Positions 49,547-59,686 are shown, counted from the first letter of the stretch. The stretch: 64,000 nt of DNA from Abditibacteriaceae bacterium (GCA_965277285.1 OZ255721.1:1248001-1312000), one strand, 5' to 3'. Numbers and translations are program-made. Notes: a model not told the origin generated them from the sequence alone.

Positions 49547-49786
49547 ATGAAAGATCGTTTTCACCTGACGTTTCCCCGCGAGCAAGTCGCGGAACCTGTG
49601 GTTTGCAACGTCGCCAAAAAGTTCGATGTCGTCTTTTCGATTCGCCGCGCCAGCGTTGATGCGCAAGCCGGTTGGATGGATTTGCAATTGGAAGGCGACG
49701 AAGCCGAAGTCGAGCGCGCCGTGCAATATATTCAAAGCTGCGGCGTGCGCGTTGACCCGATTGAAGGCGACATCATCGCCGGTTAG
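49547..49786 (+). CDS. NIL domain protein
   Basis: LTFP.....EPV......F.V...IRRA.V....GW..L.LEG; typical thrC-moaD-NIL context. Confidence 0.85.
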   Translation: MKDRFHLTFPREQVAEPVVCNVAKKFDVVFSIRRASVDAQAGWMDLQLEGDEAEVERAVQYIQSCGVRVDPIEGDIIAG

Positions 49787-49790
49787 TTTC

Positions 49791-49900
49791 GATGGTTACA
49801 CTAATTTCGTTCGCAAAAACGGCGCAAATAAACGCGAATTTCTTTTTGAAGAATAGCGTTCTTTCGCGCCGTTTTTGCGAATGAAATTAGTGTAACCATC
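49791..49900. repeat. 110-bp inverted repeat, possible MITE
   Basis: GATGGTTACACTAATTTCGTTCGCAAAAACGGCGC / GCGCCGTTTTTGCGAATGAAATTAGTGTAACCATC. Confidence 0.65.
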
Positions 49901-49919
49901 ACGGAATCGAGTACTCGAT

Positions 49920-50756
49920 ATGAACTTTTCAGGAATCGCCGACGAAGCCGGACAAAGTTTGCAAACTCAAATTCGCGCGCACCGCGAACTGGGCTGGAAC
50001 TTCATCGAAGTGCGCAACGTGGACGGCGTACAGTTCACTGACATTTCTGACACAAAGTTCGATGAATGTTGCGCGCAATTGGAAGCCGCGAACCTCAAAG
50101 TTTCCTGTTTCGCGTCCGGCATTGCGAATTGGGCGACGAAAATTAGCGACGATTTTCATCTTTCGATTCACACGCTCGAACGCACCATCAAGCGGATGCA
50201 ACGCTTGAACACCAAGTTCATTCGCGTGATGAGTTATCCCAATGATGGTTTTTCGGATGACGATTGGCGCGATGAAGTTGTGCGTCGCTTCAAGGAAATG
50301 GGCGCGCGAGCGGAAGCGGCGAACGTTATTTTAGTCGTTGAAAACTGCGATGGTTGGGCCAGCACATCGCCGGAAAATTATGCGCGTTTCTTTGAATTAG
50401 TCAATTCGCCCAACATCCAAGCGGTTTATGACACGGGAAATCCCGCTTCGCACGGCGACATCAACACCTGGAACTGGTATCAAGCCGCGAAACCGCATCT
50501 CGCGTATTTGCACATCAAGGCGCATACAACGGGCGATAACGCGCAACATACGTGGCCGGATGTTGGCGAAAGTTTTGTCGAAGAAACGTTGCGCGATTTG
50601 TTCGCTGCCGGTTACGACGGCTTTGTCTCGATTGAGCCGCACTTGAAAGCCGTGGTTCATGAAGGCAAAACCATTTCAGACGCAGAAGCGGCATTTCAAA
50701 CGTATGTCGAATACGGGCAGCGCTTGATGCAATTGGTCGAAAAGATGAAGGCATGA
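49920..50756 (+). CDS. Sugar phosphate isomerase/epimerase (xylose-isomerase-like TIM barrel)
   Basis: SGIADEA, LVVEN, YDTGN, HIK, GYDG.VSIEPH. Confidence 0.88.
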   Translation: MNFSGIADEAGQSLQTQIRAHRELGWNFIEVRNVDGVQFTDISDTKFDECCAQLEAANLKVSCFASGIANWATKISDDFHLSIHTLERTIKRMQRLNTKFIRVMSYPNDGFSDDDWRDEVVRRFKEMGARAEAANVILVVENCDGWASTSPENYARFFELVNSPNIQAVYDTGNPASHGDINTWNWYQAAKPHLAYLHIKAHTTGDNAQHTWPDVGESFVEETLRDLFAAGYDGFVSIEPHLKAVVHEGKTISDAEAAFQTYVEYGQRLMQLVEKMKA

Positions 50757-50880
50757 GAGTTACGCCAACACTGTTGTCTAAAACGGCGCAAAACAACGCG
50801 GCTTCCTTCAAAAACCATGTCGTTCTCGCGTTGTTTTGGCGAACGAAGTTGGCGTAACTCTCACGAAATCGAGTACTCGA

Positions 50881-51933
50881 ATGGATACATTATTAATCAC
50901 CGGCGGAACGGGCTTTCTGGGTTGTCATATTGCGTCGCGCTATCTGCGTGAAGGCTGGAACGTGCGGCTTCTGGACGTTTTACCGCTGACTGAACCGGAA
51001 CTTTTGGACGCGCAAAAAGAAGGTCGCGTCGAAGTTGTGGAAGCCGATGTTGCCGATGCGCAAGCTGTCGAAAAAGCCAGCGAAAACGTGCGCACCATTG
51101 TTCATACCGCCGCCGCGTTACCGATTCAAGGTTCGCGCGACAAGATTATGGACACCAACGTCGGCGGCACCAAAAACGTTTTGGACGCGGCGAAAAAGCA
51201 CAACGTGCAGAAAGTCGTGCACATTTCGACGACGGCGGTTTATGGCGTGCCGAAGATTCATCCGCTTTATGAAACCTCGCCGATTGTGCCTTTGGGACTT
51301 TACGGAATCTCCAAAGTCGAAGCCGAGAAAGCCTGCGACCAAGCGCGCGAAAACGGCGTAGACGTCACGATTATTCGCCCGAAAACCTTCATCGGAACCG
51401 GACGTTTGGGCATTTTCCAGATTTTGTTTGAGTGGATTCGTGAAGGCCACAGAATTCCGATTATCGGAACCGGCAACAATAAATATCAATTGTTGGCAGT
51501 CGAAGATTTGGTGGACGCGATTTATCGTTCCACAACGCAGCCGAACCACAATGAAACGTTCAACATCGGCGCGAAGGAATATGGCGCAGTTCGCCAGGAT
51601 TTGGGCGCCTTGATTCGTCACGCGAAAAGTGGCGCGCGTCTGGCTCCGCAAGCGCCGTGGCTGGTGCAACCGATCCTTCGCATACTCGAATTGGCGAAAT
51701 TATCGCCTTTGGTCGAATGGCACTACAAAACGGCCAATCAGGATTCGTTCGTCGATTGCTCGCACGCCGAAGACGTTTTAGGCTGGCGCGCCGAAAAATC
51801 GAACGCGCAAACTCTCATCGAAACCTACGATTGGTACATGGAACATTATCAGGAATATCTCGATAAAGTGGGCCTGACGCATCGCGTCGCGTGGGATCAA
51901 GGCGCGCTGAAGTGGCTGCGCAAAGTGATGTAA
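50881..51933 (+). CDS. NAD-dependent epimerase/dehydratase
   Basis: ITGGTGFLG, HTAA, STTAVYG, YGISK. Confidence 0.92.
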   Translation: MDTLLITGGTGFLGCHIASRYLREGWNVRLLDVLPLTEPELLDAQKEGRVEVVEADVADAQAVEKASENVRTIVHTAAALPIQGSRDKIMDTNVGGTKNVLDAAKKHNVQKVVHISTTAVYGVPKIHPLYETSPIVPLGLYGISKVEAEKACDQARENGVDVTIIRPKTFIGTGRLGIFQILFEWIREGHRIPIIGTGNNKYQLLAVEDLVDAIYRSTTQPNHNETFNIGAKEYGAVRQDLGALIRHAKSGARLAPQAPWLVQPILRILELAKLSPLVEWHYKTANQDSFVDCSHAEDVLGWRAEKSNAQTLIETYDWYMEHYQEYLDKVGLTHRVAWDQGALKWLRKVM

Positions 51934-52027
51934 TTGTCTATTGATAAAGCAAAGCCCCTTAAATAAACTTGAACAACTTTGAGACGGAGCCATCGCCCGA
52001 CAAATTTTGAACCCTTGAGGTGCTTAT

Positions 52028-52606
52028 ATGAAAAAGATATTTTCCCCTGTCGTGGCCGCACTTGCTTTGGCTTCGCTTGTATCAACGCCGTCGCAAGCAC
52101 AGGCGCAAACGACGACGAGCGAGGAAATTTCAAATGTCGCTCAAAATGCCAGTGACATTGCCAGATGGAACGCTTATCTCGAAGCGCATCCGCAAACGTT
52201 TTCTTGGCGAGCGCACAACGAACTGCGCCATCTTTATTCGTTCACCGACACTGCGAAATCAATTCAGCAAGTCGACATCATTCTGGCGCATTCGTTTATG
52301 GACAGTTACATGTTGAACGTTCTAAGCGATTTTCAAATGGGCAAGGACAACGATGTGGCGGCTGTTGAGTTGTTGGACAAAGCGAATCGTTATGCGTCGT
52401 CACCCTTTTTGCGAGCCGCGTGCTTGCTCCAAGCTGCCGAGATTCGCCGCGCGCAGGGGCATTTTGCTGAAGCGCGAACACTGAATCAAAGCGCTGAAAT
52501 TTCCGCGCGCCAGGCGCGCGAAAGCCTTCAAAAAGCCGACCGCATCCGCTTGAAGAGTTACCAGAAACTGGCGCGTCTTCAATTGGACGCACTGCGTTTA
52601 TACTAA
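52028..52606 (+). CDS. Hypothetical exported helical protein
   Basis: GAGGTG RBS; signal peptide ending AQA. Confidence 0.7.
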   Translation: MKKIFSPVVAALALASLVSTPSQAQAQTTTSEEISNVAQNASDIARWNAYLEAHPQTFSWRAHNELRHLYSFTDTAKSIQQVDIILAHSFMDSYMLNVLSDFQMGKDNDVAAVELLDKANRYASSPFLRAACLLQAAEIRRAQGHFAEARTLNQSAEISARQARESLQKADRIRLKSYQKLARLQLDALRLY

Positions 52607-52680
52607 CGACCGCGAAGCCAATCGCCTGAATGCTGTTTCACACGCTGCAAATCGAGTACTCGATGAGTTAGCAACTTGCT

Positions 52681-53898
52681 ATGTTTCCTCGTCGCATGGT
52701 TCTCGATTTCCAAGGTCGCCGCCTTTCTGGTGCGCGGCTTTTTGCCATTTTGAATGCAAAAGACGGCGCCTGGACTTGGACCAGCGATTCGAGTACTCGA
52801 TTGCCTTTTCAAGACGGCAGCGGCGATATTTTAGGCGAATTGCAACGCGCACTTTCCTGGTGCCGCGAAAGTTTTCCAAATGGCTCCGCATTAGGTTTTC
52901 TTTCTTACGATTTGGCGCGACAAATCGAGCCGCGCGCCTTCGCAACGACCAAGCTCGATGAACTTCAAATTCCTGATGCGCGCTTGGTGTTTTACGAAGA
53001 ATTGTTGAACCAGTCGCAGCCATCCATTGAAGATGCGAACCTTTCGCAAAGTTCCGGGCGCATGGCGCGCGCTGGGACATTGAACAGCGAGAACCTGACG
53101 CCTCAATATCAAACTTCCATTGCGCAGATTTTGGAATGGATCGCGGCAGGCGATATTTATCAGGCCAATTATACGCAGCGTTTTACGCAGCCTTTGCCCT
53201 GCTCGCCCGCGCAACTTTACGAACGTTTACGCGCACAAAATCCCGCACCATTTGCGGCGTTTTTAGAATGGGACGATCTGGCGATTGTTTCCAATTCGCC
53301 GGAAAAGTTTTTGTCGCTGAAGAATCGAGTACTCGAAGCGCAGCCAATTAAAGGCACGATGCGGCGCGGACGCGATTCCCAAGAAGATGAAGCATTGAAG
53401 CGTCAACTGCAATTTTCACCCAAAGATCGCGCCGAAAATGTGATGATCGTTGACTTGTTGCGCAACGATCTGGGACGCGTTTGCGAATACGGCAGCGTTC
53501 ATGTTCCCGAACTTTTCGAGGTGCAAACGTTTCCGACGCTGCATCATCTGGTTTCCACCGTGCGCGGAACTTTGCGCGCCAATTGCGACGCGATAGATGC
53601 GATTCGCGCGTGTTTTCCGTGTGGTTCAATTACCGGCGCGCCAAAGATTCGCGCCATGCAGATTTTGGATGAACTGGAAAATGTGCGGCGCGGCGTTGCA
53701 ATGGGCGCGATTGGATACTTCGCTTTCGACGGCGACATGGAATGGAACGTGGCGATCCGCACCGTGACTTGCAAAAACGGCCACGCCTTTTTTCACGTCG
53801 GCGGTGGCATCGTGGCCGATTCCCATGCGCAAAACGAATACGAGGAAATGCAACTCAAAGCGCAAGCGATCCGGCAAGCGTTGCGTTCAACTTCTTGA
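52681..53898 (+). CDS. pabB: Aminodeoxychorismate synthase component I
   Basis: GFLSYDL, GDIYQAN, SPE.F, PIKGT..R, AENVMIVDLLRNDLGRV, FPCGSITGAPKIRAM, GGGIVADS. Confidence 0.9.
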   Translation: MFPRRMVLDFQGRRLSGARLFAILNAKDGAWTWTSDSSTRLPFQDGSGDILGELQRALSWCRESFPNGSALGFLSYDLARQIEPRAFATTKLDELQIPDARLVFYEELLNQSQPSIEDANLSQSSGRMARAGTLNSENLTPQYQTSIAQILEWIAAGDIYQANYTQRFTQPLPCSPAQLYERLRAQNPAPFAAFLEWDDLAIVSNSPEKFLSLKNRVLEAQPIKGTMRRGRDSQEDEALKRQLQFSPKDRAENVMIVDLLRNDLGRVCEYGSVHVPELFEVQTFPTLHHLVSTVRGTLRANCDAIDAIRACFPCGSITGAPKIRAMQILDELENVRRGVAMGAIGYFAFDGDMEWNVAIRTVTCKNGHAFFHVGGGIVADSHAQNEYEEMQLKAQAIRQALRSTS

Positions 53899-54032
53899 TA
53901 TGTAGAAGCCTTTTGGGTCGTATGCTCTTCACTGGCACTCCATTCAGGAGGACAGATGGAACAAACCACATATTCACTACCTGCACGCAGAATGTCCTGA
54001 ATGACAAACTCTTAGACGCATTAAGAATCGAT

Positions 54033-55148
54033 TTAGGGTGATTCGCCAGCAAGACGGAAGTTTAAATCGTGAGGGGTTGACAAGCATTCATTCAGGACTT
54101 GCTGAAAAGGCAGGCGTGCAGCAGCTTCGACAGCCTTCTCTCTATGAAAGGCCCGTTCAAATTCTAAAACCACCTGTTTCTCATCCACAAGTACTGGCGT
54201 GCTATCTTGGAGATATGCAACAGCCGTCACGCCGATTTTTCTTTTAACTCTTGCAAGAACAGTTGGCCACAACTCCACTAATTCTTCCAGGTTGTTTATC
54301 TTTCTCCCTCGGCTTTTTGATGTTTTTTGTCCGATTGTCATTTCAACACCAGATAATTCATCAAAAACTTGCGAATTCAACTCGTCCCTTATCTCAATAA
54401 TTTTTTGTTCAATCCATAAAGACGGCATTATATTTTGAGCGGCAGCAATGATTTCAGCATCCGCAGCTCCGGATTTAATCCTGTTCCGTATGGCATCTTC
54501 TAACGCTTGTGCAGTTTTAGAAGTTAGTCTTTTTTCCAATGCTAACGATGCGGCACTTTGCGTGCTAACAGCAAAAGACTGGCTTCTGTCCTGAGTTCGA
54601 ACAATCTCCAATATCTCCTGCAAAATTTCACTATCTGAACGTGTAGATGCCACGACTGCGCTTGGTTGCGCAGCTATCTTTTGTAGTTGTTCCTCCAGTT
54701 CCGACCACAATTTATCGAACAAGCTATTAAGAATCGTCTCGGAAGGCCCGCGTTCTCCCTCTTCTTGAACGGCGGAGTTAATAGTGTGCACGAGTTTACG
54801 AATATCGTCTTTTGCTCTTGTAGTGTGCTGAAAACTTCCGAGCGGCGGTTGAACATCCGCAGGTTTAATATCCAAAAGCAAAGTCCAAACGTAGGCGTCT
54901 TTAGTTTTCGAGAGGGCACCCGCTTCGAAATGAATCCATGTGGATTCTAAATTGTCTCGAGTGAGACAAATGACTCCGAATCTTGATTCTTCCAGTTGAT
55001 TTGAGATTTCAGAACTCCAACGTCGACCTTTATCGATGTCAACTGAAATCCAAGGATCAACTGCTTGGATGATCTGAGGAATCCAATTCTTCAATGTCTC
55101 AGCTACAGCTTTGCTTTTTATGCCTGACCAACTGAGAAAAATCTTCAT
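54033..55148 (-). CDS. TIR-domain protein with C-terminal DnaX-CTD/DnaA-N-like domain
   Basis: MKIFLSWSG, IDKG.RW..EI...LE, ICLT..N..S.WIHFEAGAL (catalytic Glu); GGAG RBS; visibly AT-rich. TIR call is strong, C-terminal call is tentative. Confidence 0.85.
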   Translation of the reverse strand: MKIFLSWSGIKSKAVAETLKNWIPQIIQAVDPWISVDIDKGRRWSSEISNQLEESRFGVICLTRDNLESTWIHFEAGALSKTKDAYVWTLLLDIKPADVQPPLGSFQHTTRAKDDIRKLVHTINSAVQEEGERGPSETILNSLFDKLWSELEEQLQKIAAQPSAVVASTRSDSEILQEILEIVRTQDRSQSFAVSTQSAASLALEKRLTSKTAQALEDAIRNRIKSGAADAEIIAAAQNIMPSLWIEQKIIEIRDELNSQVFDELSGVEMTIGQKTSKSRGRKINNLEELVELWPTVLARVKRKIGVTAVAYLQDSTPVLVDEKQVVLEFERAFHREKAVEAAARLPFQQVLNECLSTPHDLNFRLAGESP

Positions 55149-55180
55149 AATACACTCCATTTTATCTCATAGTTCTCGAA

Positions 55181-55221
55181 AAAAAGAATCGAGTACTCAG
55201 ATTGAGTACTCGATTCTTTTT
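55181..55221 (-). terminator. tmRNA terminator formed by two palindrome variants
   Basis: 19-bp arms AAAAAGAATCGAGTACTCA / TGAGTACTCGATTCTTTTT with 3-nt loop, directly 3' of ssrA. Confidence 0.8.
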
Positions 55222-55224
55222 CGA

Positions 55225-55580
55225 TGGAGGCGCGGAGAATCGAACTCCGGTCCGCAAAGCGAAACACACAGGCGTCTACAGGTTTAGACGGACTTTAATT
55301 TAAGCGCTGCGCCATCGGTCTGTCAGCGAAAGCGAGCGCCGATTTCGTATCATTGCCAGTTCAATCCGAAGAACGAACAAACTTCTTCATGAACATCCGT
55401 TTAGATGATGTCAAGTGAAACCAACGGACAAATTTTCACAAGACATGGCCGCCTTAGGCAGCCAGAGCCAGGGGTTCCTGGTATGTGTTGGCAGTTAAAT
55501 GTTTTGAGCTGTTTAACGAGTCTGCCCAACTCGACCTGCGACCCATGCTTTCAGGCTCCACGTCGAAACCTGTCGCCCCC
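55225..55580 (-). ncRNA. ssrA: tmRNA; tag (A)ANTYQEPLALAA at 55454-55492
   Basis: 5' GGGGGCGACAGGTTTCGAC; 3' GACCGGAGTTCGATTCTCCGCGCCTCCA with G3-U wobble; TAACT-GCC resume context; LAA-stop; terminal CCA not encoded. Confidence 0.96.
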
Positions 55581-55617
55581 AAAGTAACTACTTAAAAGAT
55601 GTTGGAAGACGACGATT

Positions 55618-55729
55618 ATTCTAACACGTTCCACGCCACCAATTCAGCTCTTGCAGCACAAAATAGAAAATCGAGTACGCGAATGTTCGCCTGAAAAACA
55701 AAACCCGATTTCCATGGTTTTGTTATAAT
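55618..55729. promoter_or_regulatory. Divergent extended -10 promoters (ssrA minus, rny side plus)
   Basis: TGTTAGAAT on minus at 55618-55626; TGTTATAAT on plus at 55721-55729. Confidence 0.5.
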
Positions 55730-56141
55730 TTCTCTACTGCAAGCCGCGTAGCCCTTTGCCGTTCCCCGCTGCCGGACGCTTTGCGAATTGTGAACCCGAC
55801 GTTTGCGCCTGACCTTTCGTCGTTTCTGCGAACGTCCTCTTCCCTTAAGATGAACGCCTTTCTCGAAAAATTCGTGTTCGCCCTGCTCGCTTTGTTACTT
55901 TTAGCGAGTTTTGGTGCTGCCGATTTTTCACTGTTGCGCGAGTTTTTACTCTTCGCGCCGTTTGCTCCTCTTTTCATCCTTCGCTTTCGCGCGTTTCCGT
56001 CCGCGAACGCGCCTGTAACGCTCTCGGCGAGACTTTCGAGTACTCGAACATCGGGCGACGGGCGTTTTCTGCGACTTGCAGCCAACATCACAGCCTTTCA
56101 CTGGAACGAAGCTTGTTCCCGTGAAACATCAGGAGACGCCC

Positions 56142-57722
56142 GTGCAACCCACCACACTTTTTCTTATTCTCGGAGCCTTGATCGTCGGAATCGCCGGAAC
56201 TTACTTCTTCCTTTCCTCGCAACAGAAAGCTCTTTCCTCCAAAACCGAAGACGCTTTACGCGCTGCACAACAACGCGCCGATGAAGCGCGACGCCAGGGC
56301 GAAACCGCGACCAGCCAACTGGAAGCGCGCCACAAAGAACTTCAACTTGAAGCGCGCGACGAAGTGCAACGCGAAGTCGCGCGCCTACGCGAAACCATCG
56401 AGCGCGAAACACAGGAACGCCGCACCGAAGTCAAAGACCTGGAAAAACGCGTGCGCGACCGCGAACTGCAAGTCGATGGACGCGCTCGCAACCTTGATCG
56501 CCGCGAAAAAGCCATCGAAGCGCGCGACGCCGAATCTCTCACCAAACTTTCGGACGCCGAACGAGTACTCGAACAACAAAAACACGAACTCGAACGCGTC
56601 GCAGGCCTTCCACAAAACGAAGCGCGCGAGATTTTGCTGCAACGCGTCGAGCAAGAAGCGCGCGATGAAATGAATCATGTCGTGCGGCGCATCGAAGAAC
56701 AAATGCGCGAAGACGCCGAAAAGAACGCGCGCAAAGTCCTTTCCCTCGCCATCCAACGCTGCGCCGTCGATCAAACCGCCGAGACTTCGGTTTCCGTCGT
56801 GCCACTTCCAAGCGACGATCTCAAAGGTCGCATTATCGGGCGCGAAGGCCGCAACATTCGCACTTTCGAGCAATTGTCCGGCTGCGATCTCATCATTGAC
56901 GACACGCCCGAAGCGGTTGTGATTTCCTGTTTCGAGCCGATGCGCCGCGAAATCGGTCGCGTTGCCTTGACCAATTTGGTGACGGACGGGCGCATTCATC
57001 CAGCGCGCATCGAAGATATGCTGGAAAAAGCGCAGGCCGAAGTGCAGCAGAAAATGCGCGACGCAGCGGAAAAAGCCACCACCGAAGCGGGCGTTCGCCT
57101 ATCGAAACCCGTACTCGAAGTCTTTGGGCGCTTGCTTTATCGCACCTCTTACGGTCAGAACATTCTGAAACACAGCGTCGAAGTTTCGGCTTTGGCTGGC
57201 ATGGTCGCGGCGGAAATCGGCGCCGACGTTCAAGTCGCCAAGCGCGCCGGTTTACTGCACGACATCGGCAAGGCGCTCGACCACGAATACGAAGGCACGC
57301 ACGTCGAACTGGGCGAAGAAATCATGCGCCGCAACAAGGAAAGCGAAGCCGTCATTATCGCCGCCTGCGAACATCACATGGATGTCGGCGCGATGAGTTC
57401 AGTCGAAAGCGTCATCGTTCAAATCGCGGACGCGATTTCTTCAGCGCGTCCTGGCGCACGGCGCGAAAACGTCGAGACTTACGTGAAACGCTTGCAGAAC
57501 CTGGAGAAAATCGCGGATAGTTTCGAGGGCGTCGAAAAAGCCTTTGCGATTCAAGCCGGACGCGAAGTTCGCATTATCGTGCGCCCCGACCGCGTGGACG
57601 ACTTGCTATCGCTCAGAATGGCGCGCGATGTGGCACAACGCATCCAAGACGAAATGACCTATCCCGGCGAAATCAAAGTTACCGTGATTCGAGAAACACG
57701 CTCCGTCGATTACGCACGATAA
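56142..57722 (+). CDS. rny: Ribonuclease Y
   Basis: GTG start after AGGAG; TM, coiled coil, KGRIIGREGRNIR (KH), YRTSYGQN..HS.EV, LLHDIGK, SARPGARRE. Confidence 0.97.
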   Translation: MQPTTLFLILGALIVGIAGTYFFLSSQQKALSSKTEDALRAAQQRADEARRQGETATSQLEARHKELQLEARDEVQREVARLRETIERETQERRTEVKDLEKRVRDRELQVDGRARNLDRREKAIEARDAESLTKLSDAERVLEQQKHELERVAGLPQNEAREILLQRVEQEARDEMNHVVRRIEEQMREDAEKNARKVLSLAIQRCAVDQTAETSVSVVPLPSDDLKGRIIGREGRNIRTFEQLSGCDLIIDDTPEAVVISCFEPMRREIGRVALTNLVTDGRIHPARIEDMLEKAQAEVQQKMRDAAEKATTEAGVRLSKPVLEVFGRLLYRTSYGQNILKHSVEVSALAGMVAAEIGADVQVAKRAGLLHDIGKALDHEYEGTHVELGEEIMRRNKESEAVIIAACEHHMDVGAMSSVESVIVQIADAISSARPGARRENVETYVKRLQNLEKIADSFEGVEKAFAIQAGREVRIIVRPDRVDDLLSLRMARDVAQRIQDEMTYPGEIKVTVIRETRSVDYAR

Positions 57723-57843
57723 GAAGTGATTGGTTGTCAGTGTTCGGTAATCAGAATCCGCTTCCGGGACTCGATTCTGACGACCGAACTCTGACAACCG
57801 ATCACTGATTTGCCGCCTTCATCACAACAGGAATCTCACTTTT

Positions 57844-58110
57844 ATGGAAACATTGCGCGTGTCGTCTAAAAGCAAGCCGAACACCGTCGCGGGCGCGATT
57901 GCCGGCGTGGTGCGCGACAAAGGCGAAGTCGAAGTGCAAACCGTCGGCGCAGGCGCACTCAATCAGGCGATGAAAGCGATTGCGATTGCGCGCGGTTTCC
58001 TGATTTCGGGCGGCATTGATCTGGTTTGCACACCTTCGTTTTCCGATATTCTCATTGAAGGCAACGAACGCACCGCGATTCGCTTGCACGTTTTTCCGAA
58101 AAATCGCTGA
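57844..58110 (+). CDS. spoVS: SpoVS-family protein
   Basis: LRVSSKS.PN.VAGAIAG, GAGALNQA.KAIAIARG, P.F..I.I.G.ERTAI. Confidence 0.93.
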   Translation: METLRVSSKSKPNTVAGAIAGVVRDKGEVEVQTVGAGALNQAMKAIAIARGFLISGGIDLVCTPSFSDILIEGNERTAIRLHVFPKNR

Positions 58111-58138
58111 AATACGAATATCGAGTGCTGGATTTGGC

Positions 58139-58248
58139 AACGAACCCGAAGCGTAAGCGATGGGTCTTCTGTTCAATAACAGTTTGTGCGTGCGACGAAC
58201 TCAAACGCATTTCGATGGAAGACCCGTCGCTTACGCTTCGGGTTCGTT
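58139..58248. repeat. REP-like inverted repeat family C
   Basis: AACGAACCCGAAGCGTAAGCGATGGGTCTTC...GAAGACCCGTCGCTTACGCTTCGGGTTCGTT. Confidence 0.8.
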
Positions 58249-58264
58249 ACGAAAATTTAATATT

Positions 58265-59182
58265 ATGAACGAAGTTTTGGTTGTGGGTTCGGTCGCATTG
58301 GACAGTTTGGAAACGCCATCTGGCACAGTCGAAAATGCGTTAGGTGGCGCGGCGACTTATGGCTCGGTTGCGGCCAGTTTGTTCGCGCCGGTTCATCTGG
58401 TTGGCGTCGTGGGCGATGATTTTCCCGAAGAACATCTCGCGTTTCTCAAATCGCGCCACATTGATCTGGCGGGCTTGCAAGTTATTCAAGGTGGCAAAAC
58501 GTTTCGCTGGAAAGGCGATTATCTGGGCGATTTGAACCAGGCCGTAACGCACGACACGCAGTTGGGCGTCTTCGAGCATTTCGAGCCGACTTTACCCGAA
58601 CATTATCGGGACGCGCAATTCGTTTTTCTGGCGAACATTCATCCCGCTTTGCAATATCGAGTACTCGAACAAGTGCAAAACCCGCGTTTGGTGGTCTGCG
58701 ACACCATGAACTTGTGGATCAATCTAGCGCGCGACGATGTTTGGAAAGTTTTCAGTCGCGCCACAATTGCAGTTCTCAACGATGGCGAAGCGCGACTTTT
58801 GACCGAAGAAGAAAACCTAATTCGCGCCGGTCAGAAAATCCTCAAAAGCGGCCCGCAACACGTCATTATCAAAAAAGGTGAGCATGGCGCAATGCTTTTT
58901 TCGCACGATCAATCGCACAACGAAGTTTTCATCGCGCCCAGTTATCCTTTGGCCGAAGTCGTTGATCCAACGGGCGCAGGCGACAGTTTCGCGGGCGCAC
59001 TCATCGGTTATCTGGCGAAAACGGATAATTTGTCGCGCGGAAATCTGCGCCGTGCGGTGGTTTATGGCGGCGTTGTCGCTTCGACGACGGTGCAAGATTT
59101 TTCGCTTGGCGCGCTTCGAGTACTCGATATGCAAGAAGTCGAGCGGCGCTACCAAGCGGTCAAAAACATGAGCGCGTTTTGA
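58265..59182 (+). CDS. PfkB-family carbohydrate kinase
   Basis: VVGSVALD, LGGAATY, KKGEHGA, DPTGAGDSFAG. Confidence 0.92.
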   Translation: MNEVLVVGSVALDSLETPSGTVENALGGAATYGSVAASLFAPVHLVGVVGDDFPEEHLAFLKSRHIDLAGLQVIQGGKTFRWKGDYLGDLNQAVTHDTQLGVFEHFEPTLPEHYRDAQFVFLANIHPALQYRVLEQVQNPRLVVCDTMNLWINLARDDVWKVFSRATIAVLNDGEARLLTEEENLIRAGQKILKSGPQHVIIKKGEHGAMLFSHDQSHNEVFIAPSYPLAEVVDPTGAGDSFAGALIGYLAKTDNLSRGNLRRAVVYGGVVASTTVQDFSLGALRVLDMQEVERRYQAVKNMSAF

Positions 59183-59297
59183 AATGCAATTGACGTACTG
59201 CGATCGAGCGGCGAACGCTTTTAAAACACGGTGCGCAAAACCTGAACAGAAGAAGCAAAGCGCGTGGCTAACCACCGCGCGCTTTTTCCTGCTCCTC

Positions 59298-59326
59298 TTG
59301 CACTACTAAGATTTTAGATGTAGTAT
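59298..59326 (+). promoter_or_regulatory. padR promoter with overlapping imperfect palindrome (candidate operator)
   Basis: TTGCAC-N17-TAGTAT; ACTAC-TAAGATTTTAGAT-GTAGT overlaps it. Confidence 0.55.
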
Positions 59327-59338
59327 TAAAGAAGTGAG

Positions 59339-59686
59339 GTGAACGACATGGCGCGTGAAGTGTCTCGAGGCGACATCGGGAGTTTGGTGCTGGCGGTTTT
59401 GGCGGGTGGCAAGTGTCACGGCTACGCTTTGGCGCGCGAGGTGGAGCGTCGTTCGGCGGACGCTTTGAAATTGCGCGAAGGCTCGCTGTATCCGGCGCTG
59501 CGGGTTCTGGAAGCCGACGATCTCATTTCGGGCGTGTGGGAAGAAGGCGCGGGCGGGCCGTCGCGCCGCGTGTACTCGATTACGTCGAAAGGACAGGCCG
59601 AATTGGAAAAGCGCGGGCGCGAATGGCGAGCGTATGTCGAGGCGGTCGGAGCAATCTTAGGAGGAGCGCATGGACAAGAAGCTTGA
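59339..59686 (+). CDS. PadR family transcriptional regulator
   Basis: HGYAL, EGSLYPAL..LE, RRVY.IT.KG..EL......W. Confidence 0.92.
   Translation: MNDMAREVSRGDIGSLVLAVLAGGKCHGYALAREVERRSADALKLREGSLYPALRVLEADDLISGVWEEGAGGPSRRVYSITSKGQAELEKRGREWRAYVEAVGAILGGAHGQEA

Noticed and set aside
53899..55224. Integrative island at ssrA
   Set aside because: No integrase and no duplicated ssrA 3' end (att) found; only a single foreign-looking gene
55781..56284. 167-aa ORF upstream of rny
   Set aside because: Overlaps rny out of frame and is low-complexity pyrimidine-rich; probably leader sequence, though a short peptide is not excluded
57844..58110. spoVS as evidence of sporulation
   Set aside because: SpoVS next to rny is widespread in non-sporulating bacteria
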